Shown piece by piece: positions 1-12,761 of a DNA stretch of 64,000 nt (the stretch's first letter is position 1; the number at the start of each line of letters is the position of its first letter). A program made the position numbers and the translations under genes. The notes under the pieces were generated by a model that had not been told where the DNA came from, searched no databases, and saw only the letters and a list, made by a program, of their open reading frames with translations. Source of the stretch: Patella caerulea (lineage: Eukaryota); NCBI GenBank assembly GCA_036850965.1, contig JAZGQO010000002.1, positions 26,996,901 through 27,060,900 of the forward strand. Direction: 5' to 3'.

Positions 1-1150
1 ATTAAAAAGTGTGGGGCTTAACACGCAGCCCTGTTTTACACCAATACCAGTACTTATTTGTTTAGAAAGTCCATTGCTGGTTTGAACTATATATGAAATA
101 TCACTATACATTGAGTTCATTATGTTAAAGATATTTCCATTTATGTCAAGTTTAAGTAATTTAAGAAAAGAGTCCCTTTCTCTAAATGGTATCAAAAGCT
201 TTGGTAAAATCTATGAAACTGATAAAAACATTTTGATTTTTACTTTTATATTTATTTAGGATTGTTTTGAGAATGTATATATTGTCCGTAGTTCGGTGAC
301 TTTTACGAAAGCCACCCTGGGCAGGATCTAACATATAATCTATAATTCTATTATTAATAATGGAGAAGAAGCATTTAGAAAGACAACTAGCCAGAGCAAT
401 CACTCGGTAATTCCCAGGGTCTTCTGTTGGGCCTTTTTTCAGTATTGGTACTATGTATGACTGATTCCAGCTTGAAGGTATTACTCCGGAAGCGAGGATT
501 AAATTAAAAAATTTCAAATACTGATCTATTAGAATTTCTGAGGAAGCTTTTAGCATTTCATTTAGAGTTAAGTCAGGGCCATTTTATTTTCCAGGTTTTA
601 ACTTTTTGAATGCATTTCTGACTTCTAAGGCTGAAATTTCTTTGTTTAGTTCAAGGTTTATATTAGTTGATATTTGTATATTGTGTATTGAATTATCTAT
701 TTCCTGGGAGTCACAATCGTTTATATTATTATTTTAGAATAATTTAGAAAAATGCTGATGCCAGTTTTCAATAAGAATGTCACTTTCTGTTTTAGATTTA
801 TTGTTGTTATCATCTAATAAAGAATTTACCAGGTTCCAATAAATTTTGGGGTCACATGTCTCTAACTCATTAAGCTTCTTAATAATTGAATTTTTAGCTT
901 CACAGCTTTTATATTTAGTTACCTTTTTATAAATTTTCTTTCGGCTATAGTAAATTTCTCTTAAGTAATTATTCTGAGGGTTGTTATTGTAATTAAGTTG
1001 AGCCTCTAACATGTCCCTTCGTAGTCTGTTACAGTCTTTGTCAAACCATTTATGTTTTTTAGTTGGTTTTTGATTCTGACAAACCTGGCACAGATATGAC
1101 CAGAAATAATTGATGTGCCAGGGGAAACAACTCTGTAATTTTGTCATGAA
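1..1150 (-). mobile_element. Non-LTR (LINE) retrotransposon fragment with reverse-transcriptase domain, 5'-truncated, extending past the window start
   Basis: Minus-strand ORFs 734-1147 and 182-556. The second carries RT motifs (PILKKG...NYRVIALASCL, FRKSHRTTDNI, FIDFTKAFDTI) typical of LINE reverse transcriptase domains. The RT continues in other frames below 182, so the copy is decayed. Confidence 0.75.
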
Positions 1151-2554
1151 TTAAACCTATTGCAAAAAAATATACAGCCATTTAAGTTCATAAAAAATAT
1201 TATACCTGGTAGATTGTTCCAGATAGCACAAGTGATTACTCCAGTCCCATCATCAACTATATAATATTGAAAAACAGAAATGTATTAATTTGGTGTACCC
1301 CTGGACGAGATAGAAACTGATCAAATCAACTTTATAAGATTTTCTGTGTGTAGTAACATATAAAAGTGCCTTTACAACAAAAATTGGTAGCTACATGAAC
1401 TATCAACTTCAATGTTTAGAAGATTTGCCACATAATATGATAAAATTTTCAAAACGAGATGCTTTGTGTGATTGACATATTGAAATGAAAAATGTCAAGG
1501 AGATTAAGATTTTGAATATATATAATTTTTTTTTTATACATAACATTTTAGGACTCTTTAGAAACAGAAAGTATATTTTCAATTTCAATTTTATTTTTCA
1601 ACATTATTCCTGTGTAACTTGACAATTTGTCAAATATAGATCTTACCATTATAGGTATAACATCTAGTTCTTTCATCAATACCAACAATCACACCCATTA
1701 TGTCAACTTTCTGGAATGGATGATTTTTGTATGCAAACACTCCTGTAAAAAATGTTTTTATAACAATACAATAAGGGAATCATTATCTTCCTGTGTGCAA
1801 CATCTCTTATTGATAGCTGTACATGCTTTAAAGAAACTTAACATAAAGGATGAGGGTGTTGGAAAGGGGCATCTATTGTTCGTTAAATTTCAATTACATG
1901 GATTCTGTTACCTATGTTTTCATTTAATGATACTTTAGTCAAGGGTTTCATAAAGACTTAGCCATTCTTGCTATAATGAATCAAACATCGATGATATAAA
2001 AAGAAAATATTGAAAATTTCAGTCAAATTACTTTATTTTGAACGGAGTTGTCACTGTTGGCAGTTTGGGCTAAAAATAGGCAAAAGGTAACTCCACCCAC
2101 ATTTTCTTGATTATCAAGTAACATATCCTCAATAGCAATGGTACTCTCGCTTGGCATGCTTTTTATCACCAGTTTCCGGTGGTGACATCAGCGACTATCA
2201 TTAAACGTTGGCTTGGTCAGCCATTTATTGATTTAATTTTAAATGGACGACTGTTTTGAATCCAAACTGTATCCAAGCCATCCGAGGGTCTACAGAGCTG
2301 ATTTTCAGCTTGACATGTAAATAAAGGTCTAACTAACATATGAAGTCTAAATAAAGAATTACAATAGGCAGATTTAGCTATCGCATAATGTATGTTTAAC
2401 TTACAAGTAATCAAAATTTCTTATCACAACAAGAATATCTGGAAGAGTTCAAATTGTCATTAAGGACAGACTGCATGTACTTGCCAGGGATATGTTTTTT
2501 TAAGGTGTGCATGTCTTCATAGTTTCAGTACACATTTTAATTAGGAGATAAACA

Positions 2555-2700
2555 CTTCCTGTTTTGCATTTAGAGGGTTGTTATTGTCCAATAGATGTCC
2601 TGAGATCATTAGTGTAGCGTCACAGGTTCTAATGTAAAATCTCTGGACATGTCTATCGGACAATAACACCCCACTAAATGCGACACAGGAAGTGTTTATT
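2555..2700. mobile_element. Small palindromic MITE-like inverted repeat
   Basis: acacttcctgttttgcatttagagggttgttattgtccaat... is mirrored by ...ggacaataacaccccactaaatgcgacacaggaagtgt. A partial third copy of the motif follows at 2745-2775. Confidence 0.4.
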
Positions 2701-3544
2701 GACATTGTAACATGATTTTTTAAGATTTTGAAAGACATTTCTAAAACAGAGGGTTGTTATTGTCCAATCAAAACGCAGGGTTTTTCCTTATCCTTAAGCA
2801 CGTTAAAATGTCAATTAATTACCTTTACATGGAGTATTATATGGTGCTTGCAATATTTCACATATATAGAGCTTTAAACATGATCTGAAATGATAATCTA
2901 AACCCCAATATTTCGGTGGTTGATAATTACAGTCTTCTACATCTTTCATCTCTTCATCATTGCTAATGTCTGCTTCAGCCATTGGCTCCTGTAATATTAA
3001 AGATTGCGTTACTAGACAACAATACATACCCCCATAGCATATTAGTCATCTGGGCATTCAACTGATGAAATTACATGGGGTTTAACGTCCTATTGTTCTG
3101 CTCCGACTTATAGTGTGCTATTTTGAGGACAGTTTTGACTGGGCAGCTGTACTGTGGCCTACACTTATATCGAATTCCAATTGCCATGTGATCTTTTAAG
3201 TGCAAGCCAATGTGTACATAATAGGGCTGCACCACTGACAAGGGCAAATTACTTCTGAAAATCTTGATGAACTTTCTTGGTCAATGCAGGGATTCAAAGT
3301 GAAGTAGGCCTATATAAAAAATGGCTTTCCTAATTCATTCAAAGTCCATTTGTCAGATTCAAATGTATCTGGTTGGGAAAGTCAGTTTTGACACAAATTA
3401 CACGGCATTCTATTTCTAACGTAATAATAAACATATATAGGATATATCAAAGCAAATCAAATAAATGGATCCGAAGCTATCCGTAAGTGTATGCTTAGGC
3501 TACCATAATCAAAACTCTATAAGATGTAAAGATAGTCTGTTGTT

Positions 3545-3815
3545 GTTGTTCTTGGTGTTTAACGTCCGCTTCCACCGAAGGTGATATCGCAGACAAGGCT
3601 TATTTTTGATTTTCATTATCTTAGCGCACGCGCAGGGGCCTTTGCTGTGGGAGGAAACCGGAGTGCCCGGGGGAAACCCACGAGGTTGAGAAGGAGCCCC
3701 TATCTCCATGCCACATACGCTCACACCAGGGCTCGAAACTACAGCCGCAAGCCAGAGGTGACCGGCCAGCTAGAGGTCGAAGTGCGGCACTCTAGACCAC
3801 TAGGCCATCTACAAA
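3545..3815 (-). mobile_element. tRNA-derived SINE copy (family 1)
   Basis: Reverse complement of the SINE seen in full at 48306-48605. It has the tRNA-like head (gcctagtggtctagagtgccgcacttcgacctctagctggccggtcacc), a conserved core (gtttcctcccacagcaaag) and a ggtttaacgtcc tail. Confidence 0.7.
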
Positions 3816-5482
3816 ATTAGTCCTTATAAATAAAAACCCAAACTGATCCCGCAGTGAATATTCGCTTGGACAATCACTGATAGGCATGACATCGACGAGG
3901 CTTAATGAGTAGGCCTACGGCATATTGACTTTTTTACTCCGACAAATTAAATTCTCAAACATTTTTTTGAGGTAAAAGAAAAATAAATAAAGACGTTTGA
4001 AGTATTTGTAGTTAAAAAATATTTCCTATTTAGTGTAAATGGGTACCGGTATTAAAATGAGTAAAACGCATCATTTTGCCCGAAGCAGTTAGGTGTTAAG
4101 TAAACAATTACATTGCACGCGCCGTTGAGCCAATGACTACGGCGCGTGCTGTCAACGCACGTGTTGTCTGTTACAGAGATAATTCGTAATTCTCTGTGAA
4201 ACAGCTGGATAAAACCCCTGTGAAAAGAAACCCAACACAGCAGCACTTAGAAATGGTTCCACTACTGATGCCTTCCGTCATACTTCAGGCACAGTAGTGG
4301 CTTTTCCTACAGAGTTCCTTTGCGCAAGTTTTGTAGTCAAATGACTACAAAAAGTTTACAGGCCTATAGCTCCCTTAATTTACACAGACACTAACCCAAA
4401 ACTGTACTGCACATAGCTTAACATATAATAAATCAATTCCCCATTGAAATAAAGGTGAAGCCTTACCGCATAATTAAATGATTTGATAAAATCAAATCCC
4501 TTCATGAAAATTCTCAAGTTCTGAAATTATAATGGCCGCCCAGTCAAATAGAGCCTGCGCAATCCAACTCACGTGATCATACGCCCCTTCCATATATGGC
4601 ATATGACCGTAATTATATGCTAATGACCTTAGCGTGGGAAAATATGTCAGAAACAATAATAGACTGCGTGTTGGGGAGATTGGGCATAAATTTGTCGCTC
4701 AAACCTGGATAAAAACTGATAATAGATTTTATTGTTCAAAAAAAGGATGTACTTGACGTCTTTGACATTTCAGCCGAGATTCTCTTATAGTATCTGTGCT
4801 GGTTCAGCGTATCGTAGGCATTACCTTATTTGGAAAAAGATGGGCGGAGTTAAGGCGTCGCGGTATTTGGCAAGATTTCAACTGGCCTGTGTCATGGCTG
4901 CCTGCACATTACAAGAACACCGCTAAGAAAATGTAAAACGCATAACCACAAAGAAAAACTGTTCGGTAACTCTTTTAGTTGTTAAGACTTCATTATGTAT
5001 GATATGATTACTTATTTTAATACAAACTGTAATGACAATTGTGCGTTTTAACCTATTTGAACTTGCGTCAACGGTCTTAGACTGTACCACTTGTAACGAT
5101 AACCAGCTATAGTTATCGTTACATTATAGTAACTAAGCAGCACTCTGTTCAACATGACAGTCAACACAAAATTAAATTGTTTCTCACAATAATCCATCAC
5201 GTACGTCATACGTGTCTGGATTATATTAAGAAATTCTCAGATTCTATTTTTTTTTAAATTTGTGGGTTTAGGATGAACCTTATGGTTTAGCTAGAAAGGC
5301 CTTTAGGCGGTCGGATTGGCCAAAGAGATTCACAGGCGAGACTGTTCGGCCTGGACCTCAATTGGTTTAACACCGCTTGTAGGCGGGAGTAACAGGACAT
5401 GTTATAAATTAACATTATTGATTGTCTTTATGTGATAATCTCGACTACAGGAAGTTGCCTTATTTATCAACAAACAAGCAGC

Positions 5483-5572
5483 ATGGCGGAAAAAAGTGAA
5501 AAAAAGGTTCTGGTTGTACATTCAGCCACAGATCTACAAAGGTTGAAGTTGGAAAAATTAATGAAAAATCCA
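5483..5572 (+). CDS. PRKRIP1: PRKRIP1-like exon 1 (MAEKSEKKVLVVHSATDLQRLKLEKLMKNP)
   Basis: ATG at 5483, then a GTAAGT donor at 5573. The peptide matches the conserved N-terminal block of PRKR-interacting protein 1 (..QKLKLERLMKNP..). Confidence 0.7.
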
Positions 5573-6412
5573 GTAAGTAGTAGCGTATGAACAAGTCGTT
5601 GGGCTTAATTTACAAAATAGGCTATTCTTTGAATGTATTCAAAACGACCGAATTTAACGTCTATTTTATGCCGAGTCGGATATTTTCTTGGTTCTTCGGG
5701 TTTAGAATAACTCCACGAACGTCAAAAGGCCTACAGTTTAAAGCGGGAATTTCATATTTTCCAAGAAAGTCAAAACATATTTTTTTCTATGCCTTTTGCT
5801 CAATAGGTTGTCAACTCGGTATTATCATGGACCTTATTATAAGGTCCATGGTATTATTCAATCATGTAGGATAGGCATTATTTTCCACACTCAAATATCT
5901 TTCACATAGGACCTATTGCCTTAGGAAAAAATACCATAATTACCTACCTTGTTTTCCCATTCCCCCGCTGCAATAAGTGCAATAGCTATCTTCAAATGTT
6001 TGTATTTAAAGTTGAAATTGATAGTTTTGCCAATTTCTCAACTGGCAATAGTGAATTATGGGATCATTCTTTAACTAAGTTTAATAACAAGGTAGTACGG
6101 TTTAATTATAGATAATAGCCTATCTATTTTAAGGCGCTTATTTTATAAATATATTTTAAAATATGAAATTGCCGCTTTGAATAATATAAACTGTATTCTT
6201 TTTACTATATAATACTAGCGTGTATTTCAAAAACTTAATAGTAATACACAAGGATTTTGAAAAAGGAAGGATATCTCCTGAAAAGAAAGTTGCAGACCAA
6301 TGATTTTAACCGCAGCTCATGCTTCCAACAAAATTTGAAAAAGATCTGTTAAAAATTATATAGCCTCAAAAGCATTGACAATGTTTATAAACAGGGTCAT
6401 AATTCTTAAGGG

Positions 6413-6690
6413 GTTGGGCGAATGGTTAGCATGTGCCATGTGCGTGCTGTATCATAAATCCTGTCTTTTAGTCAACTAAGCTGGCATAGTTTTGAATCCC
6501 TGGTTGTACGTGACAAGGAGAAAGGTCGCCTGTCTAACCTTGTGTGTTTTCTCCGGGTCCTCTGGTTTCCTCCTACTGCTAAAGACCCCTACCTGCAAGC
6601 AAAATATTGAAAGAAAATTAAACCATATATTAGACCCGAAATAACCTGGTTTGTTTTGAGTTGACGTTAAACCCCATTCCTTTCTCTCTC
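6413..6690 (+). mobile_element. tRNA-derived SINE copy (family 1) in PRKRIP1 intron 1
   Basis: tRNA-like head, a ggtcgcctgtc...ggtttcctcctactgctaaagacccctacctgcaagc core and a gacgttaaacccc tail with a (CT)n run. Confidence 0.65.
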
Positions 6691-6886
6691 TCTCATAATT
6701 CTCAAGCAGAAAGTTGGGAAACGCTGATTATCAATTAGGCTCATCCTTTTCAAGAATTAAAGGTCTGTCAAAAAAATGTAGCCGCTATTGCATTCATAAA
6801 CCAGTTGCAGATGGACAGACAGGGTGACCACTAATATGTGGATTATGGGCTTAATGAGCTTATTGTTTTTATTCATTATTTTTCAG

Positions 6887-6965
6887 AATAAAGAGGTGTT
6901 CATTCCTGATAAACCAAAAGATTCATCAGCTAAGAAAACACCAGAATTTATCAGAAATGTCTGGG
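6887..6965 (+). CDS. PRKRIP1: PRKRIP1-like exon 2 (NKEVFIPDKPKDSSAKKTPEFIRNVWG)
   Basis: tttttcag acceptor and gtaagt donor. PEFIRNVWG corresponds to human PEFVRDVMG. Confidence 0.7.
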
Positions 6966-7166
6966 GTAAGTTTAATTTTTACAATCTAATTTCCAAAATA
7001 TTTCTTCCCTACATCAAATATAGCCATGCCAAAACCTTGTATTTCGGGCACCAAAACCCTGCATCTGCTGCAGTTCAGCAATGTGATATAGACAGATATT
7101 CCATCTTAACCTAAATGTAAAACAAGATTAATGACAACTATGTAATATAATATGGTTGGATTTTAG

Positions 7167-7267
7167 GATCAAGTGCTGGAGCAGGAAGTGGTGATTTCCA
7201 TGTGTATAGAGGAGTTAGAAGAAGAGAATATGCAAGGCAAAAATTTAATGCAGAAAAAGCTAAAAGG
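7167..7267 (+). CDS. PRKRIP1: PRKRIP1-like exon 3 ([33 protein letters not shown])
   Basis: ttttag acceptor. The peptide is near-identical to the PRKRIP1 core [24 protein letters not shown]. Phase is consistent with exon 2. Confidence 0.8.
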
Positions 7268-8377
7268 GTTTGTATTAAGGGCGTTGAGCAGTCTAAGATT
7301 CGCACTAACTTTTCAACGCCAATCTTATTAAGTCTTTGCAAACTTGTTCCACTTATAAAATAACTCAGAAAACTCTCGAAAGTCGCGTCGTTTTATGTGT
7401 AACAATGGAGATACGAGGCGGAGGAATAAAACTATTTATAGCAAACGAGACTGATTCCCCGACCTAGATAAGGTGTTGAATAAATTATGACGTCGTGCAC
7501 GCCAGTCACGTGATCAACACAGACGTGGCTTCAACGGGAGTGGAAGATGTCACGTGACCAGAAGGAATTCCCTGTATGACGCTATTATCCAGGTCTATTT
7601 ATCTATCACGAAAGGAACATGACGGATTTTTTTTTTATGGTCAAAGATTACTATTTTTTGAATGCATAACATGATTTAGAGTGCGGTGGAGTAGTGCAGT
7701 GAAGTAATTATTTACTTTTACATCCGAATTGTTGTATTTTAATACTTGTTGTCGACGTATTCAAAGAATTAACCCAAAATCGCAAAATCTCGTTTGAAGG
7801 TAAATAATGAACAACAATTTTAAAATACTTTGAGTTGGTATTTTTTAACGTTTTTGGTGTCAAAATGTAGCTTATAACCTCCACTTTCGATCTACTGGTG
7901 GGATTATCAATAAATCTTTTGAGCTTGTACTAATAGAATTTCCAAGAAAACGCATCGTTTTTTTGCGTTTCCATGGATACAAGACAAACCACAACCTATA
8001 GCCAAAAATTGACCAGTGTATTTTTGGGACTTGCTATTAGCATTGTTCATGCGAAATTTGATGAAAATATCTGCAGGCATAACTGAGAAAATTCTACTTT
8101 TGTTGTCATCAGTACCCCTTTTTATCATGCTTTTGGGCCAAGTTTGGAACATAGTTGGTAAATAAAATTGGTATTTATTTGGTGATTAATATGTAGTTTA
8201 TCACCCCAAATAACAAAAAATGTCATATCTTATCAACAAAAATTACAGTGCTAGCTTTAAAATTTGCATTTTAGACTACTCAACGCCCTTAAAATTGGTT
8301 CAATGGCATTTTGGATATACACAATCAAATGTGGTTTGATAAACAAAACATCACTCATTGTAAGACAGACGTAGTAA

Positions 8378-10314
8378 TTTTTATACGCCCACATTGAAAT
8401 GTGGTCGTATGTTGTCATCCCGTCCGTCGGTCTGACATCCACAAATGCTTGTGGACGCTCTAGAGTCCAAAGTTAATATCTGATTGACTTTAAATTTATA
8501 TGCAACGTTTAAGGTCACGACAAGAAGACGCTTATTGATTTTCAGTGATTTCTGATAATTACTGCCAGAGTTATGGCCCTTGAACACTTCAAAAAATCTT
8601 TTGGACACTCTAGAGACCAAAGTTAATATCAAATTGACTTTGAATTTATACACAGTGTTTAAGGTCATAAGACAAAGAAGCCTGTTGATTTTCAGCGATT
8701 TCCTATAATTACTGCTAGAGTTATGTTGCCAGAGTCGTATGTTGTTATCCCGTCCGTCGGTGTGACATCTAGGGCTTGGTATCGATAGTGATTTTTACTA
8801 TCGATGATCGGCAGTGAAATGTCGGTCGATAATCGATAATATCGAAAACAAACTTATTTTCACGGTCGTCATCAAGACCGGAAACAGTGTAAGTTCAAAG
8901 TTCAAAACCATACGAAGTTGCGAAAGATCGTTTGCTCCTGTCTAAAACCCAAAGTCGGCAAAGTGTTTCCACACAGCACTTTTAGCTTTACCGGGAAAAT
9001 CAACAAGCGTTTTGTCGTCCATGTGTGCTATTTATTGTACCGGGTACTCTATTACTGAGGCACACGTACAGAAATAGTGAACTGTAGCATGGACCTTATA
9101 ATGTGTTATAAGGTCCATGCTACAGTTCACTATTTCTATTATAACACATTATAAGGTCCATGACTGTAGTAGACGAATTCTGAAGCTTTCAAAGGGATAT
9201 AACTCTAACTTTATTTACACATCCGGGTATCTCCGATTTAGCGATAGTCAACAATAATTTCTTCAAAACTAAAGTAATGTTTCAGTGAGAGTGAATTTAT
9301 GAAAACGGCTGTTCAAAAAATATAAGCAGTCACAATTTTGTTATGTGTTACATTGATGCTTGATCATTGATAGTAATTAAAGTGAGCGGTGTATTATGAT
9401 TAACTGAAAGAAAACATTGACATTTCAGACGCAAGAAAAATAGACGAAGAGCGATAATCGATAGTAACCCAACGCTATCGATAGTGCTTATCTGGGCAGT
9501 CCAATCGATACTATCGATTTATATCGATATTTTACCCAGCCCTAGTGACATCCACAAATGCTCTAGAGGCCAAAGTTAATATCTGATTGACTTTAAATTT
9601 ATATACAGCATTTAAGGTCACTTAAAGAAGACACTTATTTATTTTCAGTGATTGCCGATAATTACTACCAGAATTATGGCCCTTGAACTCTTCAAAAAAT
9701 CTTTTGGACACTCTAGAGACCAAAGATAATATCAAATTGACTTTGAATTTATACACAGTGTTTAAGGTCATAAGGCAAAGAATCCTATTGATTTTCAGCG
9801 ATTTCCTATAATTAATGCCAGAGTTATGGGCCTTGATCACTTTGAATAATCTTGTGGATGGTCTAGAGGCCAAAGTTGAATTGATACACCATGTTTAAGG
9901 TCATAAAACAAAGAAGCCTATTGATTTTCTGATAATTACTGCCAAAAATATCTCCCTTGATGCTCTAGAGGCCAAAATTATCATCCGATTGACTTCAGAT
10001 TGATACACCGTGTTTAAGGTCTTGAGACGAACAAGTATATTGATTTTCAATGAATTTTGATAACTGAACAGCTAAATCCATGATATTAAATGTTCTCTAT
10101 ACTCAACGTTAGCATGGGGAAGAGCTTTATAAAAACCCATCAAATTCTATCGATTTTCTGATAATTACTTAATGAGTTGTTACTCTTAATCAGATTTAAG
10201 TGTATTATAAATGTTTCATTACCGAAAAGTAAAAATATGCGAAAACTCTTTGTTGACTGCCCGGACGATTTAGCTGTTGTGGATCTCTGTTTTGTTGCCT
10301 GGCAACCTATCTTT
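8378..10314 (+). mobile_element. Satellite-bearing non-autonomous element, copy A, interrupted by a nested MITE at 8759-9544
   Basis: The 5' end tttttatacgcccacattgaaatgtggtcgtat...gtccgtcgg is followed by tandem monomers of about 166 bp. A degenerate tail then ends ...gttgcctggcaacctatcttt. The same architecture appears at 17280, 59732 and, inverted, at 29838. Confidence 0.75.
8759..9544. mobile_element. hAT-like MITE nested in satellite array (TIR TAGGGCTKGGTA..., 8-bp TSD GTGACATC)
   Basis: The termini tagggcttggtatcgata... and ...tatcgatattttacccagcccta are inverted. GTGACATC is duplicated at 8751-8758 and 9545-9552. There is an internal perfect palindrome at 9075-9170. Confidence 0.6.
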
Positions 10315-10435
10315 ATTTCTGTGAAAGACTCGGAGGCAAATTTTGCCTTATCATAGATGCTTCCAACTATTCCTTGATTTCAAACAATCAAAAAGTTCTT
10401 TTAAGGCACGCCAATGTGAACACGGGTGGTATTCG

Positions 10436-10575
10436 TTTTTATACGCCCACATTGAAATGTGGTCGTATATTGTCGTCGTCGTCCCTGTCCGTCCGTACCT
10501 GCTTGTGGATGCTCAAAGGGCCAAACTTTAAATTTATACATAGTATTTAAGGTCATGAGACGGAGAAGCCTATTG
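10436..10575 (+). mobile_element. Orphan 5' end plus about one monomer of the satellite-bearing element (copy B)
   Basis: tttttatacgcccacattgaaatgtggtcgtatattgtcgtcgtcgtccctgtccgtccg followed by a single monomer-like unit. It abuts the foldback repeat. Confidence 0.6.
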
Positions 10576-10764
10576 GTCCACAACCATGATATACAATTTT
10601 TTAACAGTATTCGCATACAAACTGCGGGCATTTTGTATGGCAATTTTGGTTGATTTTCCCGAAATTCGAACTCAACCTTCCTTGGTGTAATGGTAATATA
10701 ATCAAATGTTTTTTTAAATCGGATAATAATTTTGACCTCCAGAGGGTCCACAAGCTAAAAAGTT

Positions 10765-12245
10765 AGGCTGGCACTGCCAGGCAGGATACGCCCACATTTT
10801 TGAGAGATGGATAAAGAAAAAGCAATACCGAAAGTGATTTTTCCTACATCATTAAGTCCTGTATTTCATACTGTATTGGGAGCAGCCATTTTGCTGGTCA
10901 GTTCCAGTCTGATATTCATGAAATTCGAAGCCGACAATGATTATGGTGTGAAGGTACACAACCTAGAAATGTGACTTTTCGTCAAAATCGGATAAGAATT
11001 GTGACCTGTAGAGAGTCCACAACCATGATATACCATATTTTTACACTATTCGCGTACAAACGGCAGCCATTTTGTATGGCAATTTTGGTACTATAATCAG
11101 AGGGTTTTTTTAAAATCAGATAATAATTGTTCGAGAGATAGACAGAGAACAAGCAATACCGAAAGTGATTTTTCCTACCATCAAAGGCCATAAAGTTACA
11201 ATATGATATGCGCAAATATCGAAAAGAATAAAGATCTTTAGGTTATAAACAAGCATTTCGGGTTTCATCAAAATCGAATTAAAATTGTGACCTTTACAGG
11301 GTCCACAACTTTGATATACCATATTTTCATACTGTTCGCCTACAAACGGCGGCCATTTTTTCTTGAAATTCATGGTTATAACTCAAAGATCTTGGTTCCT
11401 TTCGATATTTGCGCTTATCGGATCATAACTTCCTGAATTATGGCCCCTGATTATACGCAAAATCGCCTTATTTTAGCTTGTGGTCCCTCTGGTGGTCACA
11501 ATTATTATCCGATTTGAAAAAACGTTTGACTCTATCACCGTTACACCCTACGGAAGGTTGAGTTCGAATTTCGAGAAAATCGGACCATAATTGCCAGAAA
11601 AAATGGCCGCCGTTTGTACGCGAACAGTGTAAAAATATGGTATGTCAAAGTTGTGGACCCATTAGAGGTGACAATTTTAATTCGATTTTGATGAAACCTG
11701 AAATGCTTGTTTATAACCTAAAGATCTTTATTCTTTTCGATATTTGTGCATATCAAATTGTAACTTAATGAATTATGGCCTTTGATTGTAGGAAAAATCA
11801 CTTTCGGTATTGCTTGTTCTCTGTCTCTCTCTCGAACAATTATTATCTGATTTAAAAAAAAACTCTGATTATATTACTGTTGCACCATAAGGAAGGTTGA
11901 GTTCGAATTTCGTGAAAATCGTACCAAAATTGCCGGAAGAAATGGTCACCTTCTGTACGTGAATAGTGTAAAAATATGGTATATCATGGTTGTGGACTCT
12001 CTACAGGTCACAATTCTTATCCGATTTTGACGAAAAGTAACATTTCTAGGTTGTGTACTGTTACATCATAATCATTGTCGGCTTCGAATTTCATGAATAT
12101 CAGACTGGAACTGACCAACAAAATGGCTGCTCCCAATACAGTATGAAATACAGGACTTAATGATGTAGGAAAAATCACTTTTGGTATTGCTTGTTCTCTA
12201 TCCATCTCTCAAAAATGTGGGCGTATCCTGCCTGGCAGTGCCAGC
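10765..12245. mobile_element. Long foldback / inverted-repeat element of about 1.5 kb with roughly 290-bp internal subrepeats
   Basis: 10765-11400 is the reverse complement of about 11560-12245. The outer ends are aggctggcactgccaggcaggatacgcccacattttt and aaaaatgtgggcgtatcctgcctggcagtgccagcct. The mirrored six-frame ORFs are artefacts of this symmetry. Confidence 0.7.
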
Positions 12246-12339
12246 CTATCTTTCATACATGTATAATGAATTGGGGCCAATATCTATCTATTTCTGGCAT
12301 TATGGATTAGTATAATAAGAAAACAAGCCAACATAATTT

Positions 12340-12610
12340 AGAATTAAAGTTATTGTGTCCCAAAGCATCAACCAATCAAATTGCTTATCTCTGCTTACCC
12401 TACGGCAGAAAATGCTCATCTTCGAACTCCATCAAGGTATCGCCCTAATAAACACCTACACCAAGTTTGAACATTCTAGGTCAATTAGTCGGAGAGTTAT
12501 TGTGTCCCAAAGAGTGTGATGGACAGACGGAACGAAAAGACAGACGGGCGGACAAACGAACCTATTTTAATAGTCCCCCACTTTCTTCGAAATGCAGGGG
12601 ACAATAATGT
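12340..12610 (-). mobile_element. Partial copy of the TIR/tandem-repeat element seen in full at 39220-40140
   Basis: It shares ...gggacacaataactctcc...ttgaacattctag...ccccactttcttcgaaa with 39220-39420, in reverse orientation. Confidence 0.55.
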
Positions 12611-12675
12611 TGACACTATGGTTGAGTTTCTTAAATAAGACTAATATTAAGGTAAAATGTATTTTGTATCAACAG

Positions 12676-12761
12676 GAAGAATTAGATGCTGAATTTTCAG
12701 AAAAAGTGAAGAAGAACCAAACTGAAGCAGAGAAAAAAGCTGCTAAAAAACGTGCTAAAAG
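12676..12761 (+). CDS. PRKRIP1: PRKRIP1-like exon 4 (EELDAEFSEKVKKNQTEAEKKAAKKRAKR)
   Basis: caacag acceptor and gtaata donor. It matches the human [27 protein letters not shown] segment. Confidence 0.7.

Noticed and set aside
10401-12205. Mirrored ORFs in the foldback (10401-10751, 10982-11215, 11116-11373, 12017-12205)
   Set aside because: They are pairs of identical peptides in inverted orientation produced by the long inverted repeat. They are not coding.
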